64,000 nucleotides of DNA from an uncultured cyanobacterium (GTDB lineage Bacteria > Cyanobacteriota > Cyanobacteriia > Cyanobacteriales > Cyanobacteriaceae), in the NCBI GenBank assembly GCA_963749915.1, contig CAVVOP010000021.1, forward strand, positions 32,001 to 96,000, read 5' to 3'. Below, one piece after another: positions 41,641 through 52,332 of this stretch; position 1 is the first letter of the stretch, and every line of letters starts with the position of its first letter. A model generated the notes under the pieces. That model worked only from the letters and a program-made list of their open reading frames with translations. It searched no databases and was not told where the DNA came from. Both the position numbers and the translations under genes were made by a program.

Positions 41641-42684
41641 TTACATTTTAAGGGGTGAGATTAATTGATGGGCTTGACTTACTCCTTGCCATAACAATTC
41701 AGGATATTCCTCTAATTGATTATTAATCGAAATTTCCTCTAACTTATGAAGAATATTAGCTATTAATTTTCGCCCTTTACTGCCATAGGCAACCCCGGAA
41801 ATTTGCGAAGGTATTAAGTTTAAAGATTGTATTTTTTCAACAGTATATTCATTCGTACCTCCAGCTAATTGAATAAATCCAGGTAGATTTAATTCCTTCA
41901 TTTTTTGAGCATATTTTATGGTTAAATGGGTTGTACCTGCCCCAATATCTCCACTCATTGGTCTGCCATCTGTTTGCCAAATTAAAGGAATTTCAATAGG
42001 TTTTATATAATCATAAATTTGGGTTAAATATTCAGTTACATTTTCACTATAAGGGCAACTAATGGCGATTAATTTTAGTTTAAAAAGATGAAATTTTATG
42101 GTTTCCCAAACTTGCCTAAATTCTAAAAAATGTCCCTGTTGGGTGTGAATTTCGATGGCATTTATTGGTAAAATATCTAACCATTGTAAAACCCCTTCTA
42201 TACTTATAATTTTTGATTCTGTTTGAATAATATTTATCGGGCAAATTGGCAAACATCTTCCGCAACCATAGCATAATTCTTCGATTACTCCTTGATGATG
42301 ATGATTGAATTTTATCGCCTCCGCAGGGCAAATTTTTTCACAGGGGCGATCGCAATCCGTCGGGCAAAGGTTAGGATTAAAGTAGGCCTTCCGAAAATGT
42401 GGATCTTCTCCGTCATTAATGCTTACCATTAGAAAAGGCTTTTCATGGGGATTATAACCGAAATCTTGGGCTTGTTGTCGATAATTATGGGCGATTTTGA
42501 TACCTTCTAAGGCACTATGAATCACAGCTTGGTCAGCGGCAACATCAAGACAGTCAGCCCCTGCTAAAGTATAAACTAAGGCAAGATTGCGAATAGAGGG
42601 TGAATGTTGATAACTAGCACCACAAATCAATTTAAACCAATTACCCTTTTGTAACGATGTTAGAGGAGAAAAATTAACCATCAA
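41641..42684 (-). CDS. ldpA: Circadian Fe-S protein LdpA
   Basis: WFKLICGAS, DGEDPHFRKA, two 4Fe-4S motifs and WQTDGRPMSGDIG. Confidence 0.92.
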   Translation of the reverse strand: MMVNFSPLTSLQKGNWFKLICGASYQHSPSIRNLALVYTLAGADCLDVAADQAVIHSALEGIKIAHNYRQQAQDFGYNPHEKPFLMVSINDGEDPHFRKAYFNPNLCPTDCDRPCEKICPAEAIKFNHHHQGVIEELCYGCGRCLPICPINIIQTESKIISIEGVLQWLDILPINAIEIHTQQGHFLEFRQVWETIKFHLFKLKLIAISCPYSENVTEYLTQIYDYIKPIEIPLIWQTDGRPMSGDIGAGTTHLTIKYAQKMKELNLPGFIQLAGGTNEYTVEKIQSLNLIPSQISGVAYGSKGRKLIANILHKLEEISINNQLEEYPELLWQGVSQAHQLISPLKM

Positions 42685-42827
42685 AAATAATTAACAGTGA
42701 CAATTCTCACTATAGTCAAATCATTGGGTTTTGTAAATGTTCCAGTGGAAACCATTGTCAGCCTCCTAAACCTGGGGACTAAGGAGGCAAATGTGTAAGT
42801 AAGTCCAGATACTTTAACTTCTGAATC

Positions 42828-44351
42828 TTAATTGATTTTACTGCCTAATAAAAATAAACTAAAAAGTGTGCCGCTATTCCATAAACTGTGCACTGTTATT
42901 GATGCTAATAAACTGCGAGATCGAGTGTAAACTATTCCTAAAATAATGCCCAAAGTGGCTAAAGGTATAATTTCCGCTAAACTTAGATGTGCCACTGCAA
43001 AGATTACTCCACTAAGGACAATTGCACCCCAAACTGGGAGATAACGGGTGAGAGAAGGAAGCAAAAAACCACGAAACATGATTTCTTCAAAAATAGGTGC
43101 GGCAATGGAGGCGGTGATAAAAAAGATGGCTAAAGCGAATTTATCTTGAGATTCTAAGGCTAATAATAATAGGGGGTTACTGCCTCCTCTGCCTTGCCAT
43201 AATTGTTGATTGAGAATCGACACCAAAAATACCGAAGGAATTGCCACCACATAGCCTCCAATCCCCCATAAATACCAATTTTTATTTGTTAACTTAAACC
43301 AGTCTTGGGGTAGCGGGAAAAAGGATTTCAAGGATAGGTATAATACCAATAACCCTCCTCCTGCCATGAAAAAATAACTGGCTAACACATATAACGCTTT
43401 TCCTTTGATGGTTAAACCAGCGGGGTTAAAACCACTCAAGCCGAAGAATATCGGTAATAAAACTTGACTGAGGAAGAAAAAACCGACAATAAATACTTGC
43501 CAAATAATTTCCCAGTCCCAAGGAGATTCCCATAATCGATTATAGTTAGTCGCTAAAATTGAGTTCTCTTTTTTGATAGCTAATTGAATAATTAAAAAGA
43601 TAATTAACCCAAAACCTACTAGGCCTCCAACAACAGGAATTATGGTCAGGGTAAATAATCGGTAAACTGCTTTTTTTGCTAATATTTCTTGTTTTGATTG
43701 AACTTCTGATAACTTAACCTGATCATTTTGATTTTCGTATAATTGAGTTAAAGTGTTTAATTGAAACCAATTATCTAATTTTTGGGTAACAATTGCTTCT
43801 GCTTTACTGCCAATTTGTGGTTTTTTATTCCAAATGTCAGTTAATACTTTTTTAAATTCTTCATCAGAAATATTAGCCCAATACTTATTTGCTGTATTTA
43901 ACTGATTCTCTTTAGCGGCTATAATTCCTATTTTGATATTAAGATCATTAATTAACTTTTGATTCTTTTGAATGTTTTGTTTTAACTGTTGTTTGGATCT
44001 ATCCGATGCGATTACTTTTACACTTACACTGTCTAAAAGAGACTTATTTTTATTTTCTAAATTATGTAAAGAATCCTTCGTCAACTTTAAGGCTTTTTCG
44101 TACTGAGTTTGTGCTACAGTATAGGCATCATTACCAATTAAACCTTGGGCAATATTACCGACATTGCCACTATCGGAAATTAGAGGATTAGAAGATTGAT
44201 TCAATGATGCGGCGTTGAGAATCAAATTAGTTTGATATAATTCCAGCTGAGCTTGAACTTGAGGTTCACCTAAACTTTGACTAAGGGCAAGAAAGACACT
44301 GTACATTGATATTACAGTGAGAATAGCTAACAGCGATCGCTTCCAGTTCAT
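42828..44351 (-). CDS. CPBP (CAAX/Abi) family intramembrane protease
   Basis: APIFEEIMFRG, FAVAH and HSLWN motifs; likely start MNWKR at 44351. Confidence 0.88.
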   Translation of the reverse strand: MNWKRSLLAILTVISMYSVFLALSQSLGEPQVQAQLELYQTNLILNAASLNQSSNPLISDSGNVGNIAQGLIGNDAYTVAQTQYEKALKLTKDSLHNLENKNKSLLDSVSVKVIASDRSKQQLKQNIQKNQKLINDLNIKIGIIAAKENQLNTANKYWANISDEEFKKVLTDIWNKKPQIGSKAEAIVTQKLDNWFQLNTLTQLYENQNDQVKLSEVQSKQEILAKKAVYRLFTLTIIPVVGGLVGFGLIIFLIIQLAIKKENSILATNYNRLWESPWDWEIIWQVFIVGFFFLSQVLLPIFFGLSGFNPAGLTIKGKALYVLASYFFMAGGGLLVLYLSLKSFFPLPQDWFKLTNKNWYLWGIGGYVVAIPSVFLVSILNQQLWQGRGGSNPLLLLALESQDKFALAIFFITASIAAPIFEEIMFRGFLLPSLTRYLPVWGAIVLSGVIFAVAHLSLAEIIPLATLGIILGIVYTRSRSLLASITVHSLWNSGTLFSLFLLGSKIN

Positions 44352-44605
44352 AAATATTTTTACCGAACAAAACCTTATTTTTACTCGCAAAACTATAGGG
44401 ACTCGAAGACAAGTCAAGCCCCTACAAGTTAATAGTTGATTGTTGATGGTTAATGGTTGATAGTCGAGTTCAATTATAGCAGGATCTTTTTTTCTTGTCA
44501 AATCCACTTTTTTATTAATTATTTTTAATCATTAATCCTCACAAATATTTCACAAATTACTCAGGTTTTAATCATTTTCTGAAGATAGAATATGGGAATC
44601 AATAT

Positions 44606-44926
44606 ATCACTATAATCGGTGGTGGTGCGATCCCTTGCAAGTTAGGACAAGCATTAAGAAGATTAGGGGCGGAAATCATCGAAAATCAATTTTATAGAAG
44701 AAGGCATCAAAATAATTAAGTAGGCAAAGGCAGAAAAAGTAGAAGTAATTAACGGGAAAAATTGGTTTTTGTCAACGGTGAAAAGTTAATTGCTGAGGAA
44801 ATTTTAGTATCTATTGGACGTACTCCTAACATTAAATCTCTCAATTTAGAAAAAGCAAAAGTTAAGCATAATAATCAAGGAATTGAGGTTAATAATAAAC
44901 TGCAAACTAGCAACAAAAAAATTTAC
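44606..44926 (+). pseudogene. Fragment of a pyridine nucleotide-disulfide oxidoreductase (MerA/Lpd-like)
   Basis: ITIIGGGAIPCKLGQALRRLG and, in another frame, ILVSIGRTPNIKSLNLE...VNNKLQTSNKKIY. Confidence 0.7.
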
Positions 44927-45016
44927 GGTAGAAATAATCTTAAAGTAACCGCCACCACGCTGGTTTCTGGGCAGGAAGCCTAAACTGTAATCTCTGATTC
45001 AGTGTAGGTAGTTCAC
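44927..45016 (+). mobile_element. 90-bp IS200/IS605 mini-element
   Basis: Follows TTAC; begins GGTAGAAAT; hairpin CCTAAACTG-TAATCTCTGATT-CAGTGTAGG; ends GTAGTTCAC. Confidence 0.65.
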
Positions 45017-45169
45017 TCCCTAAATCTAAAATCAACTCATTGAAGTCTGTCGTTATAAAAAAAATATATCTAACTAATTAAAAAATATCAATAAAGATTG
45101 TTGCTTTTTCCAGATGTTAGCTGTGTCATAATCTTTTATAGAAATAAGTAAATGGTTTTTGATTAATTC

Positions 45170-45185
45170 ATAGATTTTTATGTAT
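45170..45185 (+). promoter_or_regulatory. Possible LysR (CmpR/NdhR-type) site upstream of the cmpA remnant
   Basis: ATAG-N8-GTAT, one mismatch from ATAG-N8-CTAT. Confidence 0.35.
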
Positions 45186-45225
45186 AACAATGTCAACTCT
45201 GACTCTATTGCCGTAAGGAGGTTAA

Positions 45226-46128
45226 ATGTCTAAATTTTCCCGTCGTCAATTTATTTTTACAGCTGGTATTTCAGCAAGTGCAGTTTTATTAAAAGGCTGT
45301 TTGGGTAATCCTCCTGAACCAGGGCGTGAAAATGCCGGTAGGTTCTTTGCCACTCCCACACAAATAAGTCCAGAAATGATGCCCGAAACCACGAAAGTTA
45401 AATTAGGTTATATCCCCATTGTGGAATCTGCAGCGATGATTATTGCTAAAGAAAAGGGCTTTTTTGCTAAGTATGGCATGACAGAAGTTGAGGTTTCTAA
45501 ACAGGCTAACTGGGCTTCTGCGAAGGATAATGTAACCATTGGTTCTCAAGGTGGTGGTATTGATGGCGGACAATGGCAAATGCCTATGCCTCATTTGATT
45601 ACTGAGGGGATTATCACCAATGGTAATAAGGTACCCATGTATGGGTTAACCGTTCGTCAAAATATCGCTTTAGCCGTTGATGAAGTCATGAAGGGTTATT
45701 CAGATTCAGAAAGAAGACAAATTGTCAATGAGCATATTGATCTTGTCGGTTTAAGTCCTGCCGCTGATAAACTGCCGAATCAGTTATCTGGGGGTATGAA
45801 GCAAAGGGTTGCCATCCCCCGTGCCTTAGCAATTCGTCCCAAATTATTGCTCTTAGATGAACCATTCGGGGCATTAGATGCCCTCACCAGAGGTAATTTA
45901 CAGGAACAATTAATGCAAATTTGTACCCGTTATCAGATTACTGCTGTAATGGTGACTCATGATGTGGATGAAGCCGTATTTCTCTCCGATCGCATTGTGA
46001 TGTTAACTAACGGACCAGGATCAAAAAGGCTAACAGTATTTGAAAACGTTTATCTAGCCATTGATTCAGTGTATCCAGGATGTTGCTTAATTAAATATCT
46101 CCCTTATCTGGTTTTCAGTTGGTTTTAA
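45226..46128 (+). pseudogene. cmpA: Collapsed cmpABCD (BCT1) operon: in-frame CmpA'-'CmpC'-'CmpD' chimera
   Basis: aa 1-139 match CmpA ([36 protein letters not shown]); then ABC ATPase [14 protein letters not shown]...LSGGMKQR...MLTNGPGSK without Walker A; then [16 protein letters not shown]. Confidence 0.85.
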
Positions 46129-46130
46129 CA

Positions 46131-47138
46131 TTATTTTGACAGTGAAGAATTGGACTCAATTCGGTCGGAGGTAACTTCCTGAAATTGATCCACTCGGAAA
46201 ATAAGATGAAAACGCTGTCCCAGAGTCCTGTAAAGAAAGTTCTCAACTTCACCAACCTGCTTCGGGGTAACAACTTGTCGAGAACTAACTGTTAAGATCA
46301 CTGTTGCCGGTTTATTACTCCAGGGAAGACCACTCCAGTTCACCTCCATTTTGAGCAACTCTACTTGCTTTCCGACAGTGATGGTCTGGTTTTTAAGCAG
46401 GTCTTTAATAGTCGATTGAAGAGTCTTTTGCTTAAGCAAAATTGCTAGACTGATAAACAGAGGGATAATGAAGAGGATACTCATGAATAGACACCAGCGA
46501 AGTGCACTGCGCATTCTCAGAGGGTCAACGTAGTAGCCACCCCAGACAAAAACGAGCAGGCAGGCAAGGGTAATGCCTAACAGGTTAGTCCCGTAGAGAA
46601 CCAATGCCCCGCCACTCGCCATCCAACCCCCCTGGGATAGGGTAATACCAACCACACAGAGGGGAGGCATTAAGGCAACGGCAACGGCTGTTCCCGCTAA
46701 AGCATCGCCGATGCGAGGTCGAATCTTGGCAAAGCCACTGATGGCACCAGCCGCAAGTGCCACGAAAAAGTCCGCAAGGTTCGGTTGAGTGCGGGCGAGG
46801 ATTTCCGTCCCAAATTCAGAGGTTGGCAAGCCGAACACCCTACCGATCAACCAAGCAATACCAATGGACAGTAAAGTCCCTCCCCCCACAGTGGTTAGGC
46901 TTTGATTGAACAGCTCTGTGTCAGCCGTCAGAATGGCTAGTGCAAGTCCCCGCAGGGGAAGTATTAAGGGTGCGATAATCATAGCTCCAATAATGACGGC
47001 AGTGCTGTTCATCAGCAGACCGAGACTGGCAATAGTACAAGCACTTATGGTGAGCACGACGAAGTTGAGGTTGAACTGGGCATCTGAAGATAAGTATCGC
47101 TTTAGTTTTTCAATGGTTTTTGAAGGGGCTTTTGACAT
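46131..47138 (-). CDS. DUF389 (TIGR00341-like) membrane protein
   Basis: NSTAVIIGAMIIAPL, EILARTQPNL and LAGTAVAVALMPPL motifs; GC visibly above its neighbours. Confidence 0.85.
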   Translation of the reverse strand: MSKAPSKTIEKLKRYLSSDAQFNLNFVVLTISACTIASLGLLMNSTAVIIGAMIIAPLILPLRGLALAILTADTELFNQSLTTVGGGTLLSIGIAWLIGRVFGLPTSEFGTEILARTQPNLADFFVALAAGAISGFAKIRPRIGDALAGTAVAVALMPPLCVVGITLSQGGWMASGGALVLYGTNLLGITLACLLVFVWGGYYVDPLRMRSALRWCLFMSILFIIPLFISLAILLKQKTLQSTIKDLLKNQTITVGKQVELLKMEVNWSGLPWSNKPATVILTVSSRQVVTPKQVGEVENFLYRTLGQRFHLIFRVDQFQEVTSDRIESNSSLSK

Positions 47139-47465
47139 ATCATAAGGACGTTTTTAAAAGGTTTTTCCACTAATTTTACAATTAATCCGTCGATTTTTCC
47201 TCTCCATTTCCTCCAACCATCAGGGTAAACGCATCTTAAAAGAGAGTAAGAGTAATTTCTTACCAAAATCTAATCAACATAATATTCATTGTCAAGTAAA
47301 AAGCGATCGCTGAAAGCGCCTGCTTCGCAGATCGCCAAAGGAAGAATAGAGGTTTCAGGTGTTATGAGAGTCACCCAACCAAGATGAATTCACTCTATAT
47401 CTTCATAAATATCGCTTGGATATTATACTAGGAAAGGAATATAGGATTTCACAACAGTCGGCTAA

Positions 47466-48023
47466 CTAACACGAATTTTCTTGTTGAAAACAAACGGCAC
47501 AAATACCCCAACGTTTTAATTCTCCTTTTGGGCAATTTGTTCTACAACTAGGGCAAATTTCCCATGTAGTTGCTCTTTTTTTGATGATTTCTAACCATTT
47601 TTCTAAGGCTTCTTGAGGATTATCGACAGGAAGTAAATTAAAGGAAGATTTAGGGATAATGGTGCTGGGATGTTCTTTAGTATCATCTTCTCGATCTACT
47701 GATATAGGCCGATTTTGATACCATTTAACGGGAGAAAAATGTAAATCTTTAATGGGAGATTCTACACGACGATTTATTTTGACAATAAAAGAACGTCTTT
47801 GTAAATTTAAGTCCTGTGCCCATGCTGAACTAGATGTGGCAATAAATAAAACTTCATCTCGCAAAGAAACAGGACGGCTATGTTGTGCTACTCTGTGATT
47901 GACGACTTGATACCAAAATTTGGTTAATTCATGGTATCTTCTTTGTTTATCCCATTGTGGTTGTGAGAGAATTTGATTTAATAATTTGTCTATAGAATAA
48001 AGTGTCATTAATTTATGAGTCAA
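47466..48023 (-). CDS. DUF721/DciA-family protein with a C-terminal zinc ribbon
   Basis: W..VV..RVAQHSRP..L.IATSSSAWAQDL; CPSC...CAVC. Confidence 0.8.
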   Translation of the reverse strand: MTHKLMTLYSIDKLLNQILSQPQWDKQRRYHELTKFWYQVVNHRVAQHSRPVSLRDEVLFIATSSSAWAQDLNLQRRSFIVKINRRVESPIKDLHFSPVKWYQNRPISVDREDDTKEHPSTIIPKSSFNLLPVDNPQEALEKWLEIIKKRATTWEICPSCRTNCPKGELKRWGICAVCFQQENSC

Positions 48024-48962
48024 TCAGTAGTGCCGGTGCATCCGCAAATTAAAAAAATTATTCAAAACCTTGATTTGGACTTGGGTTTAGAGTTGAATAG
48101 ATATGAAAATAGTCATCTTCAAGAGTCTTTATTGATCGCTGATCCTATTGTAGAAGAATCTATCCTCTACCACGAAAAAGAATCTAACCCTCAAGACACC
48201 CATTCTTTTTTAGTTTATAATCCTGATGGGGTTGATTCAGAAGATCCAATACCTGTGGCTTCTCGTCTTATTAGCGATCCCTCATCCCTTTTAGATGTGA
48301 TACTGAGCCCTTGGGGTATGATTGGAATTATTTTATTTTTTGGTGCAAATATTTTCATTTTCTTTAACCTAGATAGAGAAAGTCTGGTTAACAACAACCC
48401 TGAGAGTGAAACCTCAACAAATAAGATTGAAAATCAGAATCCAGACCATAACCTAAACTTATCTAACTTAGAACAAACTGAGGATAAAACCCCTAATATT
48501 GACATTCAACCCCCACCTTTACCCACACCATTACCAGAAATTAATAACTCTAATCCTATTAATAATTCCTCTGAAAATTCTTCCCTTTATCCTGACTTAA
48601 AAACTGCTTTATTTGCGGAAATTCAGAAAAATCAAGAAACGTTACCATCGCCTTCATCAAATAACACTCCAACACTTCCCTTCCCGGCAAATAATCCGCC
48701 CCTGGAAAATCCCCCTCGTCAAGTTCCCGTTAATCCCCCTAAGCCAAAAGTAGAGCAAAAATATTATCTATTAAGTAACTATCAAAATATGGATAATTTT
48801 AACCGTATTAAGAAAGTTGCACCCAACGCCCTGATTATGAATTTGAATCAAGAGATGAAAATTCAGTTAGGGATATTTAATACGGAAACGGAAGCTAAAA
48901 ATCAGGCAAAAAAATTACAAAGTCGGGGAATTAAAATTTATGTTCAGCCTGTTAATAATTAG
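48015..48962 (+). CDS. Hypothetical membrane protein with a C-terminal SPOR-like domain
   Basis: TM segment PWGMIGIILFFG; Pro-rich linker; KIQLGIFNTETEAKNQAKKLQSRGI. Confidence 0.6.
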   Translation: MSQSVVPVHPQIKKIIQNLDLDLGLELNRYENSHLQESLLIADPIVEESILYHEKESNPQDTHSFLVYNPDGVDSEDPIPVASRLISDPSSLLDVILSPWGMIGIILFFGANIFIFFNLDRESLVNNNPESETSTNKIENQNPDHNLNLSNLEQTEDKTPNIDIQPPPLPTPLPEINNSNPINNSSENSSLYPDLKTALFAEIQKNQETLPSPSSNNTPTLPFPANNPPLENPPRQVPVNPPKPKVEQKYYLLSNYQNMDNFNRIKKVAPNALIMNLNQEMKIQLGIFNTETEAKNQAKKLQSRGIKIYVQPVNN

Positions 48963-48989
48963 GAATTACGGAATGACATCGTTTAAGAG

Positions 48990-49073
48990 TGCGGAACTCG
49001 GGACTTGAACCCGAAAGTCCTTGCGAACACTAGAACCTGAATCTAGCGCGTCTACCAATTCCGCCAGTCCCGC
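48990..49073 (-). tRNA. tRNA-Leu(CAG)
   Basis: GCGGGACTGGCGGAATTGGTAGACGCGCTAGATTCAGGTTCTAG...GGTTCAAGTCCCGAGTTCCGCA; long variable arm; CCA not encoded. Confidence 0.96.
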
Positions 49074-49107
49074 ATTGCTCACTTAGAAATTTTAGCGTAT
49101 TTAATCA

Positions 49108-49956
49108 CTATTTTGCACAATATTTATCATTGTGAACGAGTTGTTTTTCTTTGATGATAATTTCTGCTAAAGGTTGAAAAATAGAGAGCAGATTTTCCCG
49201 TGCGACGGCTAAACAGGGAAAACTTATATCACCATAATTTAGTCCTCTGGTTAAAGGAAAACAACCTTTTTGTCCTAGATGAACTAAACTTCCCCCAGCC
49301 CCCCGTAAGATAGGATAAGCTCCAGCAATATCCCAAATTTTGGGACTGGCTTCGATGGCCCCTAGTGTAGCACCGAAAGCGACTGACATTAGATCATAGC
49401 TAGTAACTCCCGTTATCCTAATTTTGCAAGGAAAATTGTGTTTTAATACATCTAAACTTCTATTGCACAACATAAAAACGTGATTAAAACTAGGGTCATC
49501 ATAACTAGTATAAATAGGAGTATTATTGAGAAAAGAGCCTTTGGGACCTGTTAAACTGGTATTTTCGCAATAATAACCGTGATATGTCTGCTGAATTTGC
49601 GGAAAATGGATAAATCCGAATACTGCTACCCCCTGATAAAGCAAGCCCATAGAGATACCCCAAATAGGAATACCCCGAGTAAAATTAGTTGTGCCGTCAA
49701 TGGGATCAATGACCCAGCACCAGTCAGTATGAGGTAGAATATGTTCTGTTTCTTCTGTCAAAACTCCGTGAGTGGGAAAACACTGCTTGATTGCTTTTCT
49801 TAATTCATGATCTGCCCATTTATCGGCCTCAGTTACTAGACTACCATCAGCTTTACGAGTTGGCTCTAGTTTGGCAAAATCTTCTAATAACTTTTCTCCG
49901 ATACGGTGGGTTATTTGCCGACAAAAATTATATACTTCCTGCCAAAAATAAATCAT
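49108..49956 (-). CDS. Inositol monophosphatase family protein
   Basis: LVTEAD, WVIDPIDGTTNF and WDIAGA motifs. Confidence 0.9.
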   Translation of the reverse strand: MIYFWQEVYNFCRQITHRIGEKLLEDFAKLEPTRKADGSLVTEADKWADHELRKAIKQCFPTHGVLTEETEHILPHTDWCWVIDPIDGTTNFTRGIPIWGISMGLLYQGVAVFGFIHFPQIQQTYHGYYCENTSLTGPKGSFLNNTPIYTSYDDPSFNHVFMLCNRSLDVLKHNFPCKIRITGVTSYDLMSVAFGATLGAIEASPKIWDIAGAYPILRGAGGSLVHLGQKGCFPLTRGLNYGDISFPCLAVARENLLSIFQPLAEIIIKEKQLVHNDKYCAK

Positions 49957-50032
49957 CTTTTTTCCCTGTTTGGTTAATTTGACGGACGAAGCCTTCAGCT
50001 ATCAGCTCAAAATCTATCCTTTCAAAGTATAA

Positions 50033-51142
50033 TTGATATTTTCTAACCCGTTAAATCCTTTATTTATTAATGTGTCTGTCAACAATCCTAATCTATTAAT
50101 TGCCGCCAGTGGCACGGGTGGCCATTTATTCCCTGCTTTAGCCACCGCTCAACAATTACCTGATTATAATATTTCATGGTTGGGGGTGCCTCACCGTCTC
50201 GAAACGTCTTTAGTTCCAGAATCTTATCCTCTGTTTACCGTTGATATTGATGGTTTTCAAACAGGTTTCGGGGTTAAAACTGTTTTTGTAATACCAAAGA
50301 TAATTAAGGCGATCGCCAAAACCTACAAACTAATAAAGTCGAGGAAAATAGATATAATATTTACTACTGGAGGATATATTGCCGCCCCGGCCATTATTGG
50401 TGCAAAATTGGCTAAAATTCCCGTTATTTTACATGAATCGAACTATATTCCCGGAAAGGTAACTAAATTATTCGGCAGTTGGTGTGATCTTGTTGGCATT
50501 GGTTTTACCGGCACAAGTAAATATTTACCAAAGGCCAAAACCCAATGGGTAAGTACTCCCGTTAGGGACGAATTTTTATCGCCTCAACCGTTAGAATTTG
50601 GTATTCCTGATAATGTGCCTTTAATTGCCGCTGTAGGGGGTTCCCAAGGGGCAGTGGGGCTCAATAAATTAGTGAGGGCATCGGCACCCCATTTATTAGA
50701 GACGGGGGCCTATATTGTCCATTTAACAGGGACACAAGACGATGAAGTAGGCACATTGCACCATGATCATTACCTAGAAATGCCTTTTTATGATAACATG
50801 GCTGGGTTACTACAACGGGCGGATCTGGCCATAAGTCGGTCGGGTGCAGGTACATTGACAGAGTTAGCCATCACGAAAACTCCTTCTATATTAATACCCT
50901 ATCCTTTTGCTGCCGAGGATCATCAGTTTTATAATGGGCAGGAATTTGTCAGTGTCGAGGCTTCCTTACTTTTCAGACAAGATCAATTAACTTCAGATTT
51001 ACTCACAGAAACGGTGTTAAATTTATTAAATAATCCCGATAAATTAGCCAACATGGCAGAAAAAGCTAGTAATTTAGCCTTAAAAGATAGTGCTAAAATT
51101 TTGGCAAAAATAATCAAAAAAATTGCAACAATTAGTAATTAA
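50033..51142 (+). CDS. murG: Lipid II GlcNAc transferase MurG
   Basis: ASGTGGHLFPA, GGYIA, HESN, GGSQGA, SRSGAGT and HQFYN motifs; true start may be slightly downstream. Confidence 0.95.
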   Translation: MIFSNPLNPLFINVSVNNPNLLIAASGTGGHLFPALATAQQLPDYNISWLGVPHRLETSLVPESYPLFTVDIDGFQTGFGVKTVFVIPKIIKAIAKTYKLIKSRKIDIIFTTGGYIAAPAIIGAKLAKIPVILHESNYIPGKVTKLFGSWCDLVGIGFTGTSKYLPKAKTQWVSTPVRDEFLSPQPLEFGIPDNVPLIAAVGGSQGAVGLNKLVRASAPHLLETGAYIVHLTGTQDDEVGTLHHDHYLEMPFYDNMAGLLQRADLAISRSGAGTLTELAITKTPSILIPYPFAAEDHQFYNGQEFVSVEASLLFRQDQLTSDLLTETVLNLLNNPDKLANMAEKASNLALKDSAKILAKIIKKIATISN

Positions 51143-51550
51143 CAGCTAACTTATTTAGCTCTTCTCGATTGGTTGCGACAAAAAAGTACAATTAATGAAT
51201 GGTACTTTTTACCGAATAACTCAAAATTAATTCTTTTTTCTTTACCTAAAACCCAAAACCTAAAACCTAAAACCTAAAAACTGAGATGTTTTTAACAAGG
51301 TGTAAGATCTCAATCCTAGTACTCTGACAACTTTGTTTTGAAGGATAAACAGAAGATTAAAAACTCAAACAAAAATCTTCTCTCCCAACTCCCACCGCCC
51401 TTCTCCCCTGCTACCACAACCCCTGATTTCAAAATTGTTCAAGCACTAGTCTTTTTGTCTCCTTTACCCCCTTTACCTCCGAACTTCCAGATATTATTTT
51501 TTATGGTATCTTGATAGGTGAATCTTTTTCCTATTTAATGATTTCCGATT

Positions 51551-52294
51551 ATGTCAACGCCCGCTAAGCTTTACGAAGGTAAAGCCAAAATTATCTATAG
51601 TACGGGGAACGAGCAAGAATACTTAACTTATTTTAAAGATGATGCTACAGCATTTAATGCTCTCAAAAAAGGTACTATCCAAGGAAAAGGGGAAATAAAT
51701 TGCACGGTTTCCTCGGTATTATTCAAAATATTGGGTAACAAGGGTATTGCAAACCATTTTTTAGCACAAAAATCGGAACGGGAAATGTTAGTGAAAGCTT
51801 TACAAATTATCCCGTTAGAAGTCGTTGTCAGAAATATTGCCGCCGGAAGTTTGTGCAGACAAACAGGTTTAGAAGAAGGGTTAAAGTTACCTTTTCCTTT
51901 GGTGGAATTTTACCTGAAAAATGATGACTTAGGGGATCCTCTTTTAACTAGCGATCGCCTGAAGATATTGAATATAGCAACTCCTGAGCAAATTGAAGAA
52001 TTAAAAAATAAGGCTCTAAAAATTGACCAATATCTCATAGAATTTTTTGCCCGTTGTGAGATTATCTTAGTCGATTTTAAACTAGAATTTGGCTTAGACG
52101 TCAATGGAAATCTACTGTTAGCCGATGAAATTAGCCCTGATACCTGTCGTTTGTGGGATTCTTTGGAACAAAATACCGACAAAAGAGTCTTGGACAAAGA
52201 TCGCTTTCGTCGAGATTTAGGTAAAGTTGAATCGGCATATCAGCAAGTACAAAAAAGAGTTTTAACTCAAATTGAAAAACTGGGGAATACCTAG
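51551..52294 (+). CDS. purC: SAICAR synthetase
   Basis: LYEGKAK, FKDDATAFN, VDFKLEFG and ADEISPDTCRLWD motifs. Confidence 0.97.
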   Translation: MSTPAKLYEGKAKIIYSTGNEQEYLTYFKDDATAFNALKKGTIQGKGEINCTVSSVLFKILGNKGIANHFLAQKSEREMLVKALQIIPLEVVVRNIAAGSLCRQTGLEEGLKLPFPLVEFYLKNDDLGDPLLTSDRLKILNIATPEQIEELKNKALKIDQYLIEFFARCEIILVDFKLEFGLDVNGNLLLADEISPDTCRLWDSLEQNTDKRVLDKDRFRRDLGKVESAYQQVQKRVLTQIEKLGNT

Positions 52295-52332
52295 TATATT
52301 TAAAAACAATTATTGCAATTAAATTTTGGTGT

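Noticed and set aside
45226..46128. Intact nrtA or a functional ABC fusion protein
   Set aside because: The N-terminus fits CmpA better, the binding domain is truncated, and the ATPase part lacks Walker A
51245..51279. (CCTAAAA)n and similar heptamer runs at ~30925 and ~62529
   Set aside because: Ordinary cyanobacterial short tandem repeats with no associated structure
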